64,000 bases of DNA from Diadema antillarum (lineage: Eukaryota), in contig NW_027271071.1 of assembly GCF_040938485.1 (NCBI RefSeq), positions 186,001-250,000 of the forward strand. Reading direction: 5' to 3'. Shown one piece after another: positions 36,374-50,439 of this stretch; positions within the stretch are counted from its first letter, which is position 1, and the number at the start of each line of letters is the position of its first letter. The notes beneath the pieces are model-generated. The model ran no database searches, was not told the origin of the DNA, and saw nothing but the letters and a program-made list of their open reading frames with translations. A program made the position numbers and the translations under genes.

Positions 36374-37780
36374 ATAAGATATGTTATTGCAGTATTTTAC
36401 AGTGATTCAGAGAGCTACTTGGGAGTAAGAGTATTCTACTTAAGAAAAAAAAAAGCGGGTGCGCATGTTTATAGTAAAAATACTTTAATGGTGGGTGACT
36501 GGAGGTCTTATGAATTATTTGATATCATGCATTTTGAAATGCATATACATACAAATGTAGTAGATGTATAAGCACGGGAAAGAATGTAATGAGAAAAGGC
36601 CGTTAATAACTAAGTAGAAATGATGCTTTAAATAATAGTAATAAAAAGTCGTGATGACAGAATCAGGACAAGATTTCTGTTCGTACAATATACAGTTAAG
36701 CGTTATTCACGACCAAGTACAGTGTACTCTCACTGCTTTTTTAATAAACATCTGAAGTCGGTTTATGTCATGTAAGTGTGCAATGTACGCACATACAGTA
36801 TGAAAAAAATGAGTACATTGAACATTGAAAGAATAATATCGAGTTGATATAGATCGATGATACTTGTGGCATAAATCTTGTGTGAGCTCCAACACTTCGG
36901 AAGTGGAAAGTTACTAATCTTGAGCAAGAAAAATAAATACCCGTAGACTTTTAATCTACTATTCGATTTGATAATCCACTAATTTCCTTTGTTCAGTCTC
37001 GGAATGAATAGTCCTTTAATACTGTAAGTCACATTCTGATGAGAAAAGGTTGTCTTTAAATTTGAATAGAATCGCGGACGGCATTTGGGAAGTTTGAATC
37101 ACATCTCTGGCGATCGAGAGTGATTTTAACTACATACGGAATGTTGTGCGCTTTTTCGCCAGCTTTGTCACAATACACCTGCAGTGAATTGGGTACCATA
37201 CCATATCATAAAGCCCTTTATAATAACTAGTTTCTGTTGTAGCAACCATAAAGCAACCAAACAGATGTCGATATTGGAGTCATTACCATGATAACCACAA
37301 TTAAAGCATCTTTCAAACATTGCAAACCCTCCTAACATGGGCACCTCACCATCCCGCGACGTGTAGGATAGCAATGCGGTGTTGTCATGAATTATACAAA
37401 GCGCCCTCAGTGTCTGTAGCCGTAAAAGGCTTGGTTGCTTTCATAGAGCTGTCCAACTCTATGGTTGCTTTACTTCACGTTGTAGTTTCACTAATCTTAT
37501 CCTTGTTATGAAACTGTTTTATCAGAATCCATGTTTGTTGACAGTGTGAACATCATTATTATTTCAATGCTAGTACAAAATGAAGTTAGCATCAGTAATG
37601 TCAGCAACAACGTTCGGATAACGTAAAGATTATTCAGTTTAGCATCATGCATTGCTTAGGCCCTAATTAACTTTTAAAAATATAATTCGGCCTAATATAC
37701 TCAAAATATGTGGGTAGTTTACCTTTGAAATTTTAGACAGAAGCTGATGAGCAATCTTCTGTATGTATTCAGTAGGTCAA

Positions 37781-37843
<63 letters not shown>

Positions 37844-39279
37844 GCTCACCATCTTTTCTTGAACACTAATGCATCAATAACCCAATATACAGAAACAAGA
37901 CAAAGTTAGAAAAAAAGTAAAATAGAATGTTTCCATTCATCGTATAGTATTCTATTCTAGTTATTTCATTTCCATTGCAATTGCAAATCAGACATTTGAT
38001 AAGTACACAAAATTAATGTAAAATTGCAATTACGGAAATGCTAAGAATTGAAGTGCAATAACTGTTATGTCTTTTATGAAAAATTGGCCCTACAAATCAA
38101 ATTTGATTAGAAATGGGTGGATGCTAAAAAGCAGAGCTTGTATGATTTGCAGTCTCCTCATGAATAACAACTGATAACTGATCGTTTAACTGACAAAACT
38201 ACGGGTGAAATGCCATTCAAAAAAGAAAAAAAAAAGAAGAAAAAGGACAAATATGACCCCGAACAGCAATTTCCATGCCCATGTTCTCATTAAACCGCAC
38301 AGCACAGAAAACGAGTTTGTTAGTCACTGCATACAGATGGAGTAGCAGAGGGGCAAATAACTTCATACCTTTTACAGACCTCCCAAAATGCAGCAAAACA
38401 TTAAATATGAACCTCAGGGGACTTGTTTAGGCCACTGCTGAGAAAATTTGGAAGTCAACAGTTATCTACAATTTGAATAATGCACAAAACTCAACTACTC
38501 AGTAGTTCTGTGTGTCAGCCACACTTAAGCCTTTTTGTTGCAGTCTTCTGTATTTTTTATCTGTAAACACAAATCTAAAAGTATAAGAGCTGATGTAATA
38601 ACATATAGAGTGTGTGGCAAGAATGTTTATAAAAATGTTTGTAAGTTTTGATGAACTTCACAAAATATACATGATGGACACACATGCAATGCATGGGTCT
38701 GCAAAGGTAGCCTAGTAATGTACTGGAATTTACGGTGAGCCCCGAAAAAAATTCAATTCAAAATCTAACGGTCAATAAAAATGTACCAAATGTTACCTTC
38801 CACTTTCAATACTTTATGGGAGTTTCTAAAATGATACTCTCTTCAACATACCACTGTATTTATACAACTCTTCATTTAAGGCATGCAAATGGGATTCCCT
38901 ACATTTAAACACAACTAATGCCCACAACCTGGTATGTGAACCAGGTATGTTAAGAGAGACAAAAAAAGAAATCCACCCCTAACACACGTTCCTCAGCCCT
39001 TGTCATTAAATGATTATTTCTTTTTCTGTTTTCTTTTCTCTTTTTTAATTACTGTCAAGGTCGACAACTTGAAGTTGTATAGGCCTACTTAGATATTCTA
39101 CATTTTTCTTTTCTTTTGTCTGGGCTAATTTCACGAAAGGATCACCACTGCAGGACAATAAATTCATAACTCTTTTGGCCCAAACTAGCCAATTTGTTAC
39201 TAGTATACGACAGTATTTATAGGTACGATCATCTACCCTATCTATACAGCTAGTGAAGAAAGCCAAGTGTGAAACCGCA

Positions 39280-39585
39280 TCACGTGAGCAGACAGCATGC
39301 ATAATGGTGTTTACATTTTTTTTTTCTTTTTTGCCTCACGCACACTGCACTGAGCTCGCGCAGTTGCATCAAGGAGGTACTCCTCCTTGGTTGCATACAC
39401 CCCATAGAGATGTATTATTAGTATACATCTCTATGATACACCCACGTACGTACGTACGTACACGTACACCGGCGGCACCGACCAACAACATAAATTCCAA
39501 CAACAGAAAAACATAATGTCTGTGAGATTCTACTGATACTTCTGCGGGAAACGATGCCGCTCGGACGTCACCCATTTTAACTTCG
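39280..39585 (+). promoter_or_regulatory. Candidate LYST promoter and non-coding first exon
   Basis: Locally CpG-rich island, palindromic E-box TCACGTGA at 39280-39287, and strong donor CG|GTAAGA at 39586 with no upstream coding frame. Linkage to LYST is inferred. Confidence 0.4.
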
Positions 39586-40677
39586 GTAAGATTTACATAG
39601 AATAGGAGTTCACAAGTTTGAGCCCAAAACACTTGAAGGAACGAGGCTGCTACGCATATCAATGTTATTTAACTTGGAGCACGAACTTGTAAAGCGAATT
39701 TATGTGTTCTTGCCGGATTGCTCACGGTGTGACGGTATGTATCTCTCAGTCCCACATATTACAATTTGTTGCAGCTATGTGCATTGCCAAACCACTTGGC
39801 ACTGCACGTGCATGCATGCGACATGTAAACACGCTATTATGAGAGGGAGTTTGCAGATCTCGTGTATGGGCTGATGTAACCGCTAGATCTTGAATTATGC
39901 TCCATTAGTATGTAGCGTCCATGCTATGTGACAATTGGGACAATAATTACATACCATACTATTATTGGCATTGTTATGCCGCGAAATGCTGATCCTACCA
40001 CTGACCACTTCACTTCCAGGCAGGGCCAGGGCCCACCGGGCCGGGAGCCCCGACCAAGGCAGGCAGGGAGCCCAAAGAAACCAAGTGAATGTAGTTCACA
40101 CACTGTACTGAGGTTTACAAGCCTAGTATCAGTAACAATATAACTATGAACGGATGATACTGTAGGTCATAAATGAAGCCAACTGCGACCAGCCCGCACG
40201 CAAAGCATTTGCTCCCACACACAGTCTGTGTATCCTACTACAACGCAAGGAGCGCCCTGGTCCTATGGGCTGGGTCAAAATAAAGCATGATGACGTAGAA
40301 AAACAGCACATGATACAAAAATAGAAAGAAAAGAAAATCAATGTTCATGGTTAATTGCTCATTTTCATTGGTATATGATGAGACATCTGCCTGCAAGGAG
40401 ATCTGAGATAAGGCAGAGTACTATATCAGTGTCAATAGTGTCACATGTCTGAGAAGGATTACATGCTTTGTTACCCATGCTTGCTTGGTTTGCAGCCTCA
40501 TGTAAGCAGTGTTCATACAGTCCAGAACACCCTAGATAAATATCTGTAGTGAAAGTATACATGTAATGTATGGTTGGGTGTCTAATACATCAACACCCTA
40601 GTAATATTTTTCTATCAACAGAAACTTAAGATATCTCACAGTTTTCCTGAAATTTTACTCACATGTAAAGAAAATAC

Positions 40678-42417
40678 CAGGCCTCGAATTAACCGACAGC
40701 CACCGACGGCCATGGCCGTCGGTGCCCCTCTCGTTGGCCGCAATTCCTTTTGTTTTTTGATCAAAGTTACGGCCAAAAAAAATGTGCCCTTTTTCTTGGG
40801 GCCGTGGTGCCCTTTTAGAATTAAAGTTATTATTTTAATATGACGTATGATATGCCCTTTCTCAAAGTCTACACTTTAAAAAGCTTGAACAACTTTCCTG
40901 ATCTCAAATATCATACCTTCAGTTCACTTGCGTCCCAAATCTGATTCAAACTCAAAGTATCTTTCCGAGATACGAGACGACGTGTACGTACATGTACGCC
41001 CGACCGGCTTTTACCGTCACGACTGCCTCCGCAGCGCAGCGGCCATAGAGTTACTAGCTAGGCAGCGCATATTCAGATAGAGTAGTAAAGAGTGAACACC
41101 AAGTTCACCAAGAAAAATCCCACGATGCCAAGGTGCCAGACTGGGGAATGGGGAGGGGTGGAGGGAGAGAAATCAATCAACAGAAGAAACCGCGCGTACT
41201 GGCGCATTCTTGGAGGTCATGAACTGTCTGGGGTGTTGGAGATGAACAGGGAAAGAATGTTTAATTACTGAGTAAAGATATAGCTCAAGTCGAAGCCCCA
41301 GGGCGAAGACCCAGGATTACAAACGTAATGATTCTTTATTTCTTATCACTCTCCTGCGATTTTGAGGTGTTAGTAGAGTGTCAAATTTTTCGTGAAAACA
41401 CAAATTTGACTACCAGTGACAATGAAAGAATTATATTTTTTTGTGCAGATTTTTTTTGAAATTTCTGACGTCTTTACTGCTGCATCAACAGCCTAAAATG
41501 AATTACTGGAAGATTTTTAATGCATTTGAAATGTCAAATTTTGAGGATGCAAATATGTGGATAATCATCGGATGTGGATGATCATCATCCACATTGATTT
41601 GTACCCTCTAAATTTGCCATTTCAAATGAATATAGTAGGCAATGTGTCAGAAAATTCTGAAGCTTTGTGAATATGAAATTTTTGGCAACCTTCCATTTGA
41701 ACTTCAGGCATGATAAGCTCCTATGATTCAGCAAAAATAACTCAACAGATTAGAGATAAACTTCCTTCGAATTGAGAACTAGCACGCAGATTTGCTGAGC
41801 GTGAGACCACAAGAAGCTTCAGCTTTGCTTTGAGATTGTAACTCGGGAAGTTCTCACAAACTCCTGGATCACCCCTCCCTGCCAACTCCAACGTGCATGA
41901 TGAATGCATGGTGTCTCGATGTCACCGTCTATAGATACCCGAGGCTGCTTTGTTTTTGTCTTGGAATATTTATTCATTTCGTGTCATGACATGAGTGTAG
42001 TAATGTTTTTGCATGGCGATGTACAAACTCGTGATACTCAACTCGTCTTTTTGATGTTTTTCTTTGAGGCCAAAAGGAAGACAAAATACTAGTAGTATTA
42101 TGACGTTTGCAGTTGTTCAAAAGGTCTGCTTTTGATAGCTCACAGACTAATCACCCATGCTCCCAGGCCCCCCATGGAGCAGCAATTCACACGCGCGCGC
42201 AAATTCCTTTGCCATGTGGTTTTGCCAGCCAGCTGTCGGAATGTGCTTTGAAGTTACATGGCAGCCTGGCCTGGCTGGCCTGAAAGGGTGTCGAGTTTCA
42301 ATCAATACGTACTGTTGTTTTATTCCTGTTTTAAAAAATGTCGTTTCACCTGATAGAAACGCAGAAATCGGGAATGTGTTGCAGCTGTAGGGAAGAGGTT
42401 TTTGTTGTGTGTTGCAC

Positions 42418-42455
<38 letters not shown>

Positions 42456-42623
42456 TTTTGTTTTTCTCGGGGTTTTTTCTTCTTTCTTTTTTCATAAACA
42501 CCTAACATGCCCTTTCCAATGTGGCCTTGGTGCCCCTCTGACTGACCTAAGTGCCCTGGCCTCTTGGAAAAAGTGCCCTTTTCTGAATGGCCTTGCCCCT
42601 CCAAAATCCTATTTCGAGGCCTG
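40678..42623. mobile_element. Internally deleted hAT-like DNA transposon, 1946 bp, 6-bp TSD AAATAC
   Basis: CAGGCCTCGAA...TTCGAGGCCTG TIRs, AAATAC on both flanks, GTGCCCTT subterminal repeats at both ends. Possible decayed hAT dimerisation-domain remnant at about 41640-41870 (-). Confidence 0.8.
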
Positions 42624-43406
42624 AAATACTCTGTATTCACAAGTGCACATTAAAGATGCAATTTGAGGTACACACTCTAAGATAAGAGCTTTGAATGCAT
42701 GGGGTGTTAGTTTGAGGCATTCGTTTTTGCTTTACTATAAAAGTTGAAACTGATACCCCTACCCTCTATTGCCAATGTACATGTGAGGTGCACACTATGC
42801 TTTTCCTTCATGCATTTATAATCTATATTATAATTGTTTTGCTGTTGCTATTGTTTATTATTATTTTTTCCAATAATATTTTGATATTTATATTTTAAGT
42901 CCATTCCCCAGTGATGAGTAAAAAACTACTGTGAGTGTGTGTAGTCTCGTGTGCATTTTCGTTCTTCTCAAAGACATGCTGTAAATAGTGGGGTGTTGGT
43001 TTCAATGTACAGTGTTGATGTGGTGGACACCTACCATACTAATGTCAGTGAGTATGATTCTAAAATAATGGAATACCTAATTATAATTTAGATCATCATA
43101 ATTATATTGTCTGTGCCCGAATAAAGCTGATATAAGTTGTAAAAAGTTGAGTTCATATATACTTGGGTACCTTGTGGTGAGGGAGGGCCCACGTATTGTA
43201 CACATTCACATGAGGAAATGCATTGTGTTCACCAAGCTCACAGGAAGTTAAGTGCTTCTGACTGGAGTTATTAGTGCAAAAAGTTGAAAGGGGAAAAAAA
43301 GTGTTCCTACAAAAAAAAAAAACACAAAAAAGCAAAAAACAATCCATCCTATGATGCCCCTAAAATGCATGTCTTGTGCTACTATTATCTGAGATACTAG
43401 TAATGG

Positions 43407-43470
<64 letters not shown>

Positions 43471-46400
43471 GCATGCTGACAATTCTCGTATACTACAGTC
43501 GTGCAAGCATTTTTGTGTGACTTATATTCTACATACTTGACTACCTGCAAGGGGAACAAATATATCTTTGTTTAGTTTATGAAAGTGACTTTTGAGATGA
43601 AGCAACTGTTTTTTTTCATTTTGTGAATATATGTGTTTGTTTGTTTGTTTGTTTTTGTTTCCTTTGCTACCATTGCCTAATTGGGCATTCAGATTTATGC
43701 AAAAAAAGGTGATCTGTTTTAAAGCCCTTATCCCGAGATCACTTCCCTCAAGTTTTTGCTGTTGTGTCAGGGCTCCTTGAAAATCATTGTGTCGTCTGTC
43801 TTAATACATTTTCCATTTAATCATGCTTTCTATCACTCTGTTGGTGACTGTCAGACACTTCTCCAAAAGTAGCATGGCCAGTCACCATACATTACTGCAA
43901 ATGATGCTTTTTAAGTCATGGGATATCATCAAAAGAACATAAACTCTTCCACTTTTGTGATGCAAAATAGCTATGCGACTTTGCACAATAAATTGGGACT
44001 TGTTTTTCATTCATATAAATCTATTGCGCAGCTTAAATATATTAAGTACCCCCTCCCCCTTAAGAACCATGACTTCCTAAAGCTTGTCTGGAAGAATCAG
44101 AGACTGAGCACTGCTTTTCCAGTCACTGATATCAACTTTGAGACCCACAGATGTATGCAGTTCTGCACTAAAAAATTATGGCAGTGGTAAGTAACTAATA
44201 CACATAGTTCATTCATGTTTATGCATTATTCATAACCAATCATAACCTATTATGACAATTCCAAAACTCTTGAGGCTTGCTTAACCAAGCACCAGTTGAA
44301 GTACACATAATACCTTGTGATATGATCAAATAAATGTGTATTTGCATAATTGCCTTTGAGAAAATTTCAAATCCAGAAATTTCTCATGTGAATTAACTGA
44401 GAAGTAAGTTTTCATTTGTGTCTTACTCCTTACAATACATCTTACAATCAGTGTCTAGTCAAACACAAATTATGTAGGCTACTCATGGACCTGGCATTAA
44501 ATTCACCCTTCATTGATTCTGCTGCATATTACAAAATGATCATGTTCTGTGACTTAACTTTCCAACATGCCTGAGCTGGCTACATCATACATGTAGGAAA
44601 GCTTACAACTACAACTTGCAGATAATTTAGGATTGACAATGACTGCAGTTCAGTTCATGGATACTCTTGGAATGATGCAGTTTCTACTGTCACTCCTCTG
44701 AGCATGTACAATGTACACTGAACATCTGTCTGCTGATCAATCGAAAGTTACACACACTCGTTGCAAAGCATCAAGGCAAATCACACTGATTGTCTCCATG
44801 TGATTTGTTTGTCAGTGTTTGCATTTGTCGGCTTGTATGACACATCTTTCATCGTCAGTTTCACTTGTGGTTCTAGAGCCATGCATCCAGGTACTTGTGA
44901 GCGCTAATTGTGCACTTTTGCACAGACTTCGCAAATTTTTATCATAACAATGTACTTATTGTAGGCACAGTGTAGGTTTAATGGAAATTAAATCAGTTGG
45001 AAATGGAAATCAAATACACTTGATGTGAATGTTAAGAAAAAAAAGAAAAGGTTTTGTTTTCAAATTTGTCTGAAGAGACTCTGATTCCAACATGAATGTA
45101 ACTATTGTTGGAGTAACTGAATCTCATTGCTTACTCATCTTTACAGCCATGCATTTATAATATTCCTTTGACCCTAATATCATTTACAAGGCAAAATAAA
45201 TTGTGTCTATAAAATAGTTATGACCTTTGACTAGTATACCTGCAACTCTCTCAATTTACCAAATAGCACTGTGTAGCTTCCCCATAAAAGTGCTTGCATA
45301 TCAAATGTAGTCACTTTCTAGAAACAGGAGAAAACCATTCCTTCAACAATATGGAATCCTGTCTCAAACCAGCTTTGTCAAAGCCCTGACCCTCAACATT
45401 ATTTTGATTTCCAAGAGGTCTAGTTAATACTCATCTCTGAGCGACATCAGTGGTTGATGCTTTTAATGGATCATCTAAGATGACACCTTCCCTAGGTCAC
45501 ATGAGAAATTATCTAGGGTGGCTTATTTTTCACCTAGCCTCTTTTGTATTTCATATGTAACTACTGCTGACATTATGGAAGACCCTTCATGAAAACACAG
45601 GTAATCTCACAGAAATTATAGTGTATTTCATCTTCTAGTTAGCTGTGACTTGGGATTTAGTTTTGAATTCAACATTTGTGTAGTATGGGCCGTGTGTGAG
45701 AACTTGGGCAGGTAGATGAGTGGTAAAGATGAAATGTAAATAATAATGTAAATAATATGATGTTTTTGTTGTGCATATCACTGCCACATCATCTCTATGC
45801 ACTTAAAGGAAGGAACAGAAAGATAGAAAAATGTCATCAAATGCAAATGCAACTCATTTAAAATGATTTTGGAATAGATCTGTTCGGAGGGTGGTTTAAA
45901 TAAACTTTGGTGTTGTGGATGAGTCCTTCAAATAAAGTGGAATACTAAATTCCAAAGTGAGGGGGCAGTGTGAGCAAAAGATTGCTCTCCATGAAATTTG
46001 GTCCAAATATCATGACAGTGCTAAAGATCTTTCTTGAGCAGCCAATCTGAGATTGCAGGAGGGTACAAACTTCACCAGAAATTCATTTAGATATTATGGA
46101 GCATTAAACATAGACACTAAAGTGGGAAGACCTCTTCCTGTTGATCACATTACTTTTCTGCAACATTTGTGGCGAATCAATTATTGCGTACATCACCACT
46201 GAACATATCACAAATCATTATCCCGTAATGAGGTTTGTTGCCTGACCGAGCTACCGTACCCGCTTGATGTGACCGCGGACTCGCAAAACAGGTCGATGCA
46301 GACGAGCGTGACATATTGGCAACCTTGGCTGGCTGCAGATGCCTGATGCTTCACTGAGATTGAAGGTCCAAAAATACTTCACTCCCCACCAAAATTAATA

Positions 46401-49400
46401 AGGTGCTGTCACCTTCAAGTGATGGCAGACAGGATAATCATTTCCAGTTGCTCATGCTGTGTTGCTTTAGCGAACTGCAGAGCTGACCTATAGGAGTTAG
46501 ACTTGGAGGGAACAACTTCAGGTAATGTTAAAGAGTCTAATGGAGGACTAAATGGTCTATAAAATTGATTCTGTTCATTCTTCAACCTTCTTTCTCTTTG
46601 AAGGGGCAGTTCTATTTCCTGTTTCAGTTCCTCTTTGGAAAATTCAATTGATAATTTAACCCATTGAGGACGATCTGATTTTGCTACAACATGTATTTCC
46701 CTGACACCTGCCCCAGTATACTCGGGACTTGTCCTCATCGGGTTAAGCAAATAGATTGGTAGATATTCCAAAACAAAATGATTAAGCTATGAAATTTGAA
46801 GTTCCACATGTTTTCAAACTCATTGTCATGAATGTCTGTCATATATTATTATTTATCTGCAGTGTAGCTATGTATCCATCCATCTCCATCTGTCTATCTG
46901 TCTATTCATCTATCTTTCCAACCATCTATCCATCCAGTGCACATTAGATTGAGATGATGATGATGCAATCTTTTTACTACTCTCCAATTGTTTTGACCAC
47001 AACAAAATTATGAACATTTGTTTTTGATTGACAAACTACTGCCCTCTCCCCTAATATATGATGTAGTCAGGATTTCGCAGTGCAACAAAAGTTTGATACA
47101 AAGGATATAATCATTTACTTTTTTATTCTGTGTCAGAACAGGAAATTTTGTTGAGAGCTATTTTGTTTACTTACTCAGTTTGAGGTTTGTAAGGTGATGA
47201 CACCATTTTTTCTTCTCGTTCTAATTTCTATGTAAAACTTTTAGCTAATTACCATGAGTATATTGCTTTTTTGTGTATTTTGATGAAATTCATTTGATTG
47301 TGGGATTTTACTTTATGCTATGTAGAGCCAGCGTAGACACAAAGTGGAATGTTTGAAAGGGAAATACTTTTACAAGAGGAGTTTTGAGAGGAATTGATGA
47401 AACCAAAGCAAGATTTATGTGCAAAGAGCTTGAGTGAATGTACGATGTCAAGCACTGTGGTGTCTTGTTGGTTCCTATAGGTAATACCTTTCATTTAAAT
47501 GTGACCTTGATGTTGCTCGAACAGCCCGGTACACACTAAAAGACAAAGGTATGATTATTATCGTAAGAAATAATCTGTGTCATAGTGAACATGTAAAAAA
47601 CTAACACCATTAATTTTCTCGAGTGGAGTCACTAAGACACACACACAAAAAAATGAAATCATTAACAGTTTGCACACACTCAACAGAAAAGGGGTTATAC
47701 ACTGTAATTCAAAATGGCAAAAAGATTGAAGTAGAGTTAGTTCACTGTCTCATAGGTTTAGTTGCAACTTGAGTCCAGTGGTAAGTGCTGTCATCATTAT
47801 GACATAGAAAGGCACAGCATTTATTATGTTTCATCTGCAAAAACTGTGAATGTCCCTTTTTTTCCATGCACAATAGTCACACATTTCTCTTGTTACTGGC
47901 AAGCTGCATTATGAGAGTAGCATCCATTGAAACTAAGTTCAAAGTTCTTAGCATATTATTTAGCAAGGAGTACTCATTCACTGGATCGGTTGTCATTTAT
48001 TTCTATTTGATGCCCGAGATGTCTTTCCATCTCATTATCGTTGCATTATAAAGTATGTGACTTCGAAAATCTGTTGTTAGTCAGACTGTCATTTGAAAGA
48101 GCTATGAGCTCTTTTGTTTATGTAGTACATGTTGTGTCTGTTTATACTGTGCATTGTTTGTGCTGTGTGGGTGTGTGTTTGGGTGTTCATGCTCTTTCTT
48201 TTGACTTGTTCTGCAGTGATTGCTAGCATACTGTAAAGTAATGTTTGCAAGAGTATGTTTCTTGCTTAGCCAGGTAAAATGAATTTTGTGTGTGTTTAAT
48301 TCTGTAAAATCAAGGAGATACAATTCTGAATTACAAATCACACATAAAGATATCCAAATACTTATATTTTCGCACTAGTTTCATGTTGGGCAAAATGTGC
48401 AAAAAATTCCACACCATTTGCCAGAATGTCCACTTTTGCAGTGTCAGTGTTATCACCTTCAAACTCTCTGTTATCATGGGTTTACATGCTTGTACTCACA
48501 CCACCCCTGTTTACTAGTATATGCTCTACATATTAGTAAGTTCATTGCTAAATACATTATCTTGATTGGACTTTGTTTTCACCTGTTGTTTTTTCTCAGT
48601 GGAACCATGCATGCTTTTGTTTTAATCCAAAGTTCAGGTACATAGTATAGCTATTTGGCACCCCCTGGCTGTACATGTATGATATTAAAGGAAAAATACC
48701 ACTGATCGCCAGAGATAAACTTGTAGACTGGTGATTCTGTGATTTCTGTTAGTTTATTAATGAACATGTCAAAGTGAACTTTCTTTTATCGAAGATAACA
48801 CAGTGTCTTGAATGTAGTGCCTGTACATTGTGACTATAATGGTGTGTGTATGATCACATGATCAGTGATTGGTTTTTCAATTGTTCAAACAGGAGCTGGA
48901 CAAATAATTGGTGGAGATGCTTTGTCTAAAGAAGGTTTACTCTGCACATGAATAGAACTATCTAAAATGTGAAAATAATTCAGAAACAAGCTGCTTGAAT
49001 GAATGTTCAATATGACAGATTTGAAAGAGAATCAAATTATGATTACTCTTTCTTTTGCTGAACTGAGATAGGTGATCTGTGATGCCTTACTACAGACATT
49101 CTGAACAATATGGAACTGACATGAATTGCTTGTTTATGTTTTAGCCTGCTTCCAAAGTTGGTAGAATATCATAGTGTTTTCATGTATTACATTGCTAAGT
49201 TTCACTTTTTACTGTGACCCCAGATCTATTTGCATCACACGAATTGATTACCCTCCCCAAGTTAACATTTTTCTTTGGATTTGTCACATTTTTGCCGAGT
49301 TCAAGAAGAAATTGTAAAACATCAGAAGAACTTTGACATCAGCCTTCTGAATTTCACAAATCCAATTGAAGTCTCAATGCATCCTGACCTAGATGTTTGA

Positions 49401-49611
49401 CCTGATACATTGACTCCTTCAAACTTGATCATACCTGGACATACTCAATAGTACACCTGTCAACTCAAGATCTTTCTTTGTTGGGTATTTAGGTTGTACA
49501 TTTGTATCTACTTTATATAGGTATATCACATCCTTCCACGAGTCATTTCTGTTCCAAGAAATATACACATGTAGATACATAGGAACCCACTAAGAGGCCC
49601 TTGTCCAGGAG

Positions 49612-49807
49612 GGTCCCATGACATTTGCTCCTGCAACAAGTGCTCCTATGAAACATCATGCACGCTCTTTAAAGCCAAAGATAAATTCTGCAGACAAGCA
49701 CCGCCAACCCTACAAATCACAGCCCTAACCCTAGCCCTAAGTTCTCAGGTCAGAGAGAATAAGACCGGAGACGGAGCAATTGTCACAGGAGCAAATGTCG
49801 TGTCACC
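49612..49807. mobile_element. Mutator-type MITE with 9-bp TSD GTCCAGGAG
   Basis: GGT...GACATTTGCTCCTG / CAGGAGCAAATGTC...ACC TIRs and a perfect 9-bp TSD (49603-49611, 49808-49816). Confidence 0.82.
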
Positions 49808-50439
49808 GTCCAGGAGACGCAACACTGTTTGAAGAGTTTTGAATCTATGAACTCAGTCACTGTTTGCTATCAAGGCATGTTGCTCTATTTGTTTACATAC
49901 TCAATGGCAGAGGCACAGATTACACCAATCTGTTTTATGTTGTTATTATTTTCTGTACACATTATCCCAGGGTTTGATCACTTCCATACCCAAAACCATG
50001 ACCTTCTCTCAGCGAGGCTTGAGTCTTTGCCAGCAACTTGAACTCTGTAATCCCACTATTGACTGATAGGTAATAGAGAGCAGGAACTACATACCAAAGT
50101 ATGTCAAGTCTTCCCTGATTGGTTGAAGCTTGATTGCGCAAGAAAGGAATAGTGAAGAAATGTGTGTCATGAGGGTCTCATGTTTTGATTTTAACATTGC
50201 AGACGTGATGGTAAGCAAGGCCTTTCCAACTTTGTATTTAGATCTTGCTGTGGCTGATAATGTTATCTCATTATTGTAGGTATTCCATATTGAGTGATAG
50301 CTGTAGATTTCTGATCATTAAAACTGGGACAGCTGTTCCATGTCTCATCATGAAACATGTATGTTTTCAGTCACTAACCCTGGCAGACTCACTTCCATAG
50401 ACTGTTCAGTTTCACACTCACAGGGATAGAGTTGTCTCA

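Noticed and set aside
46225-46360. Possible C/D snoRNA, or in-frame TGA (46265-46267) read as selenocysteine
   Set aside because: No canonical RTGATGA box C, no recognisable rRNA antisense element, no SECIS, no splice context and no selenoprotein homology.
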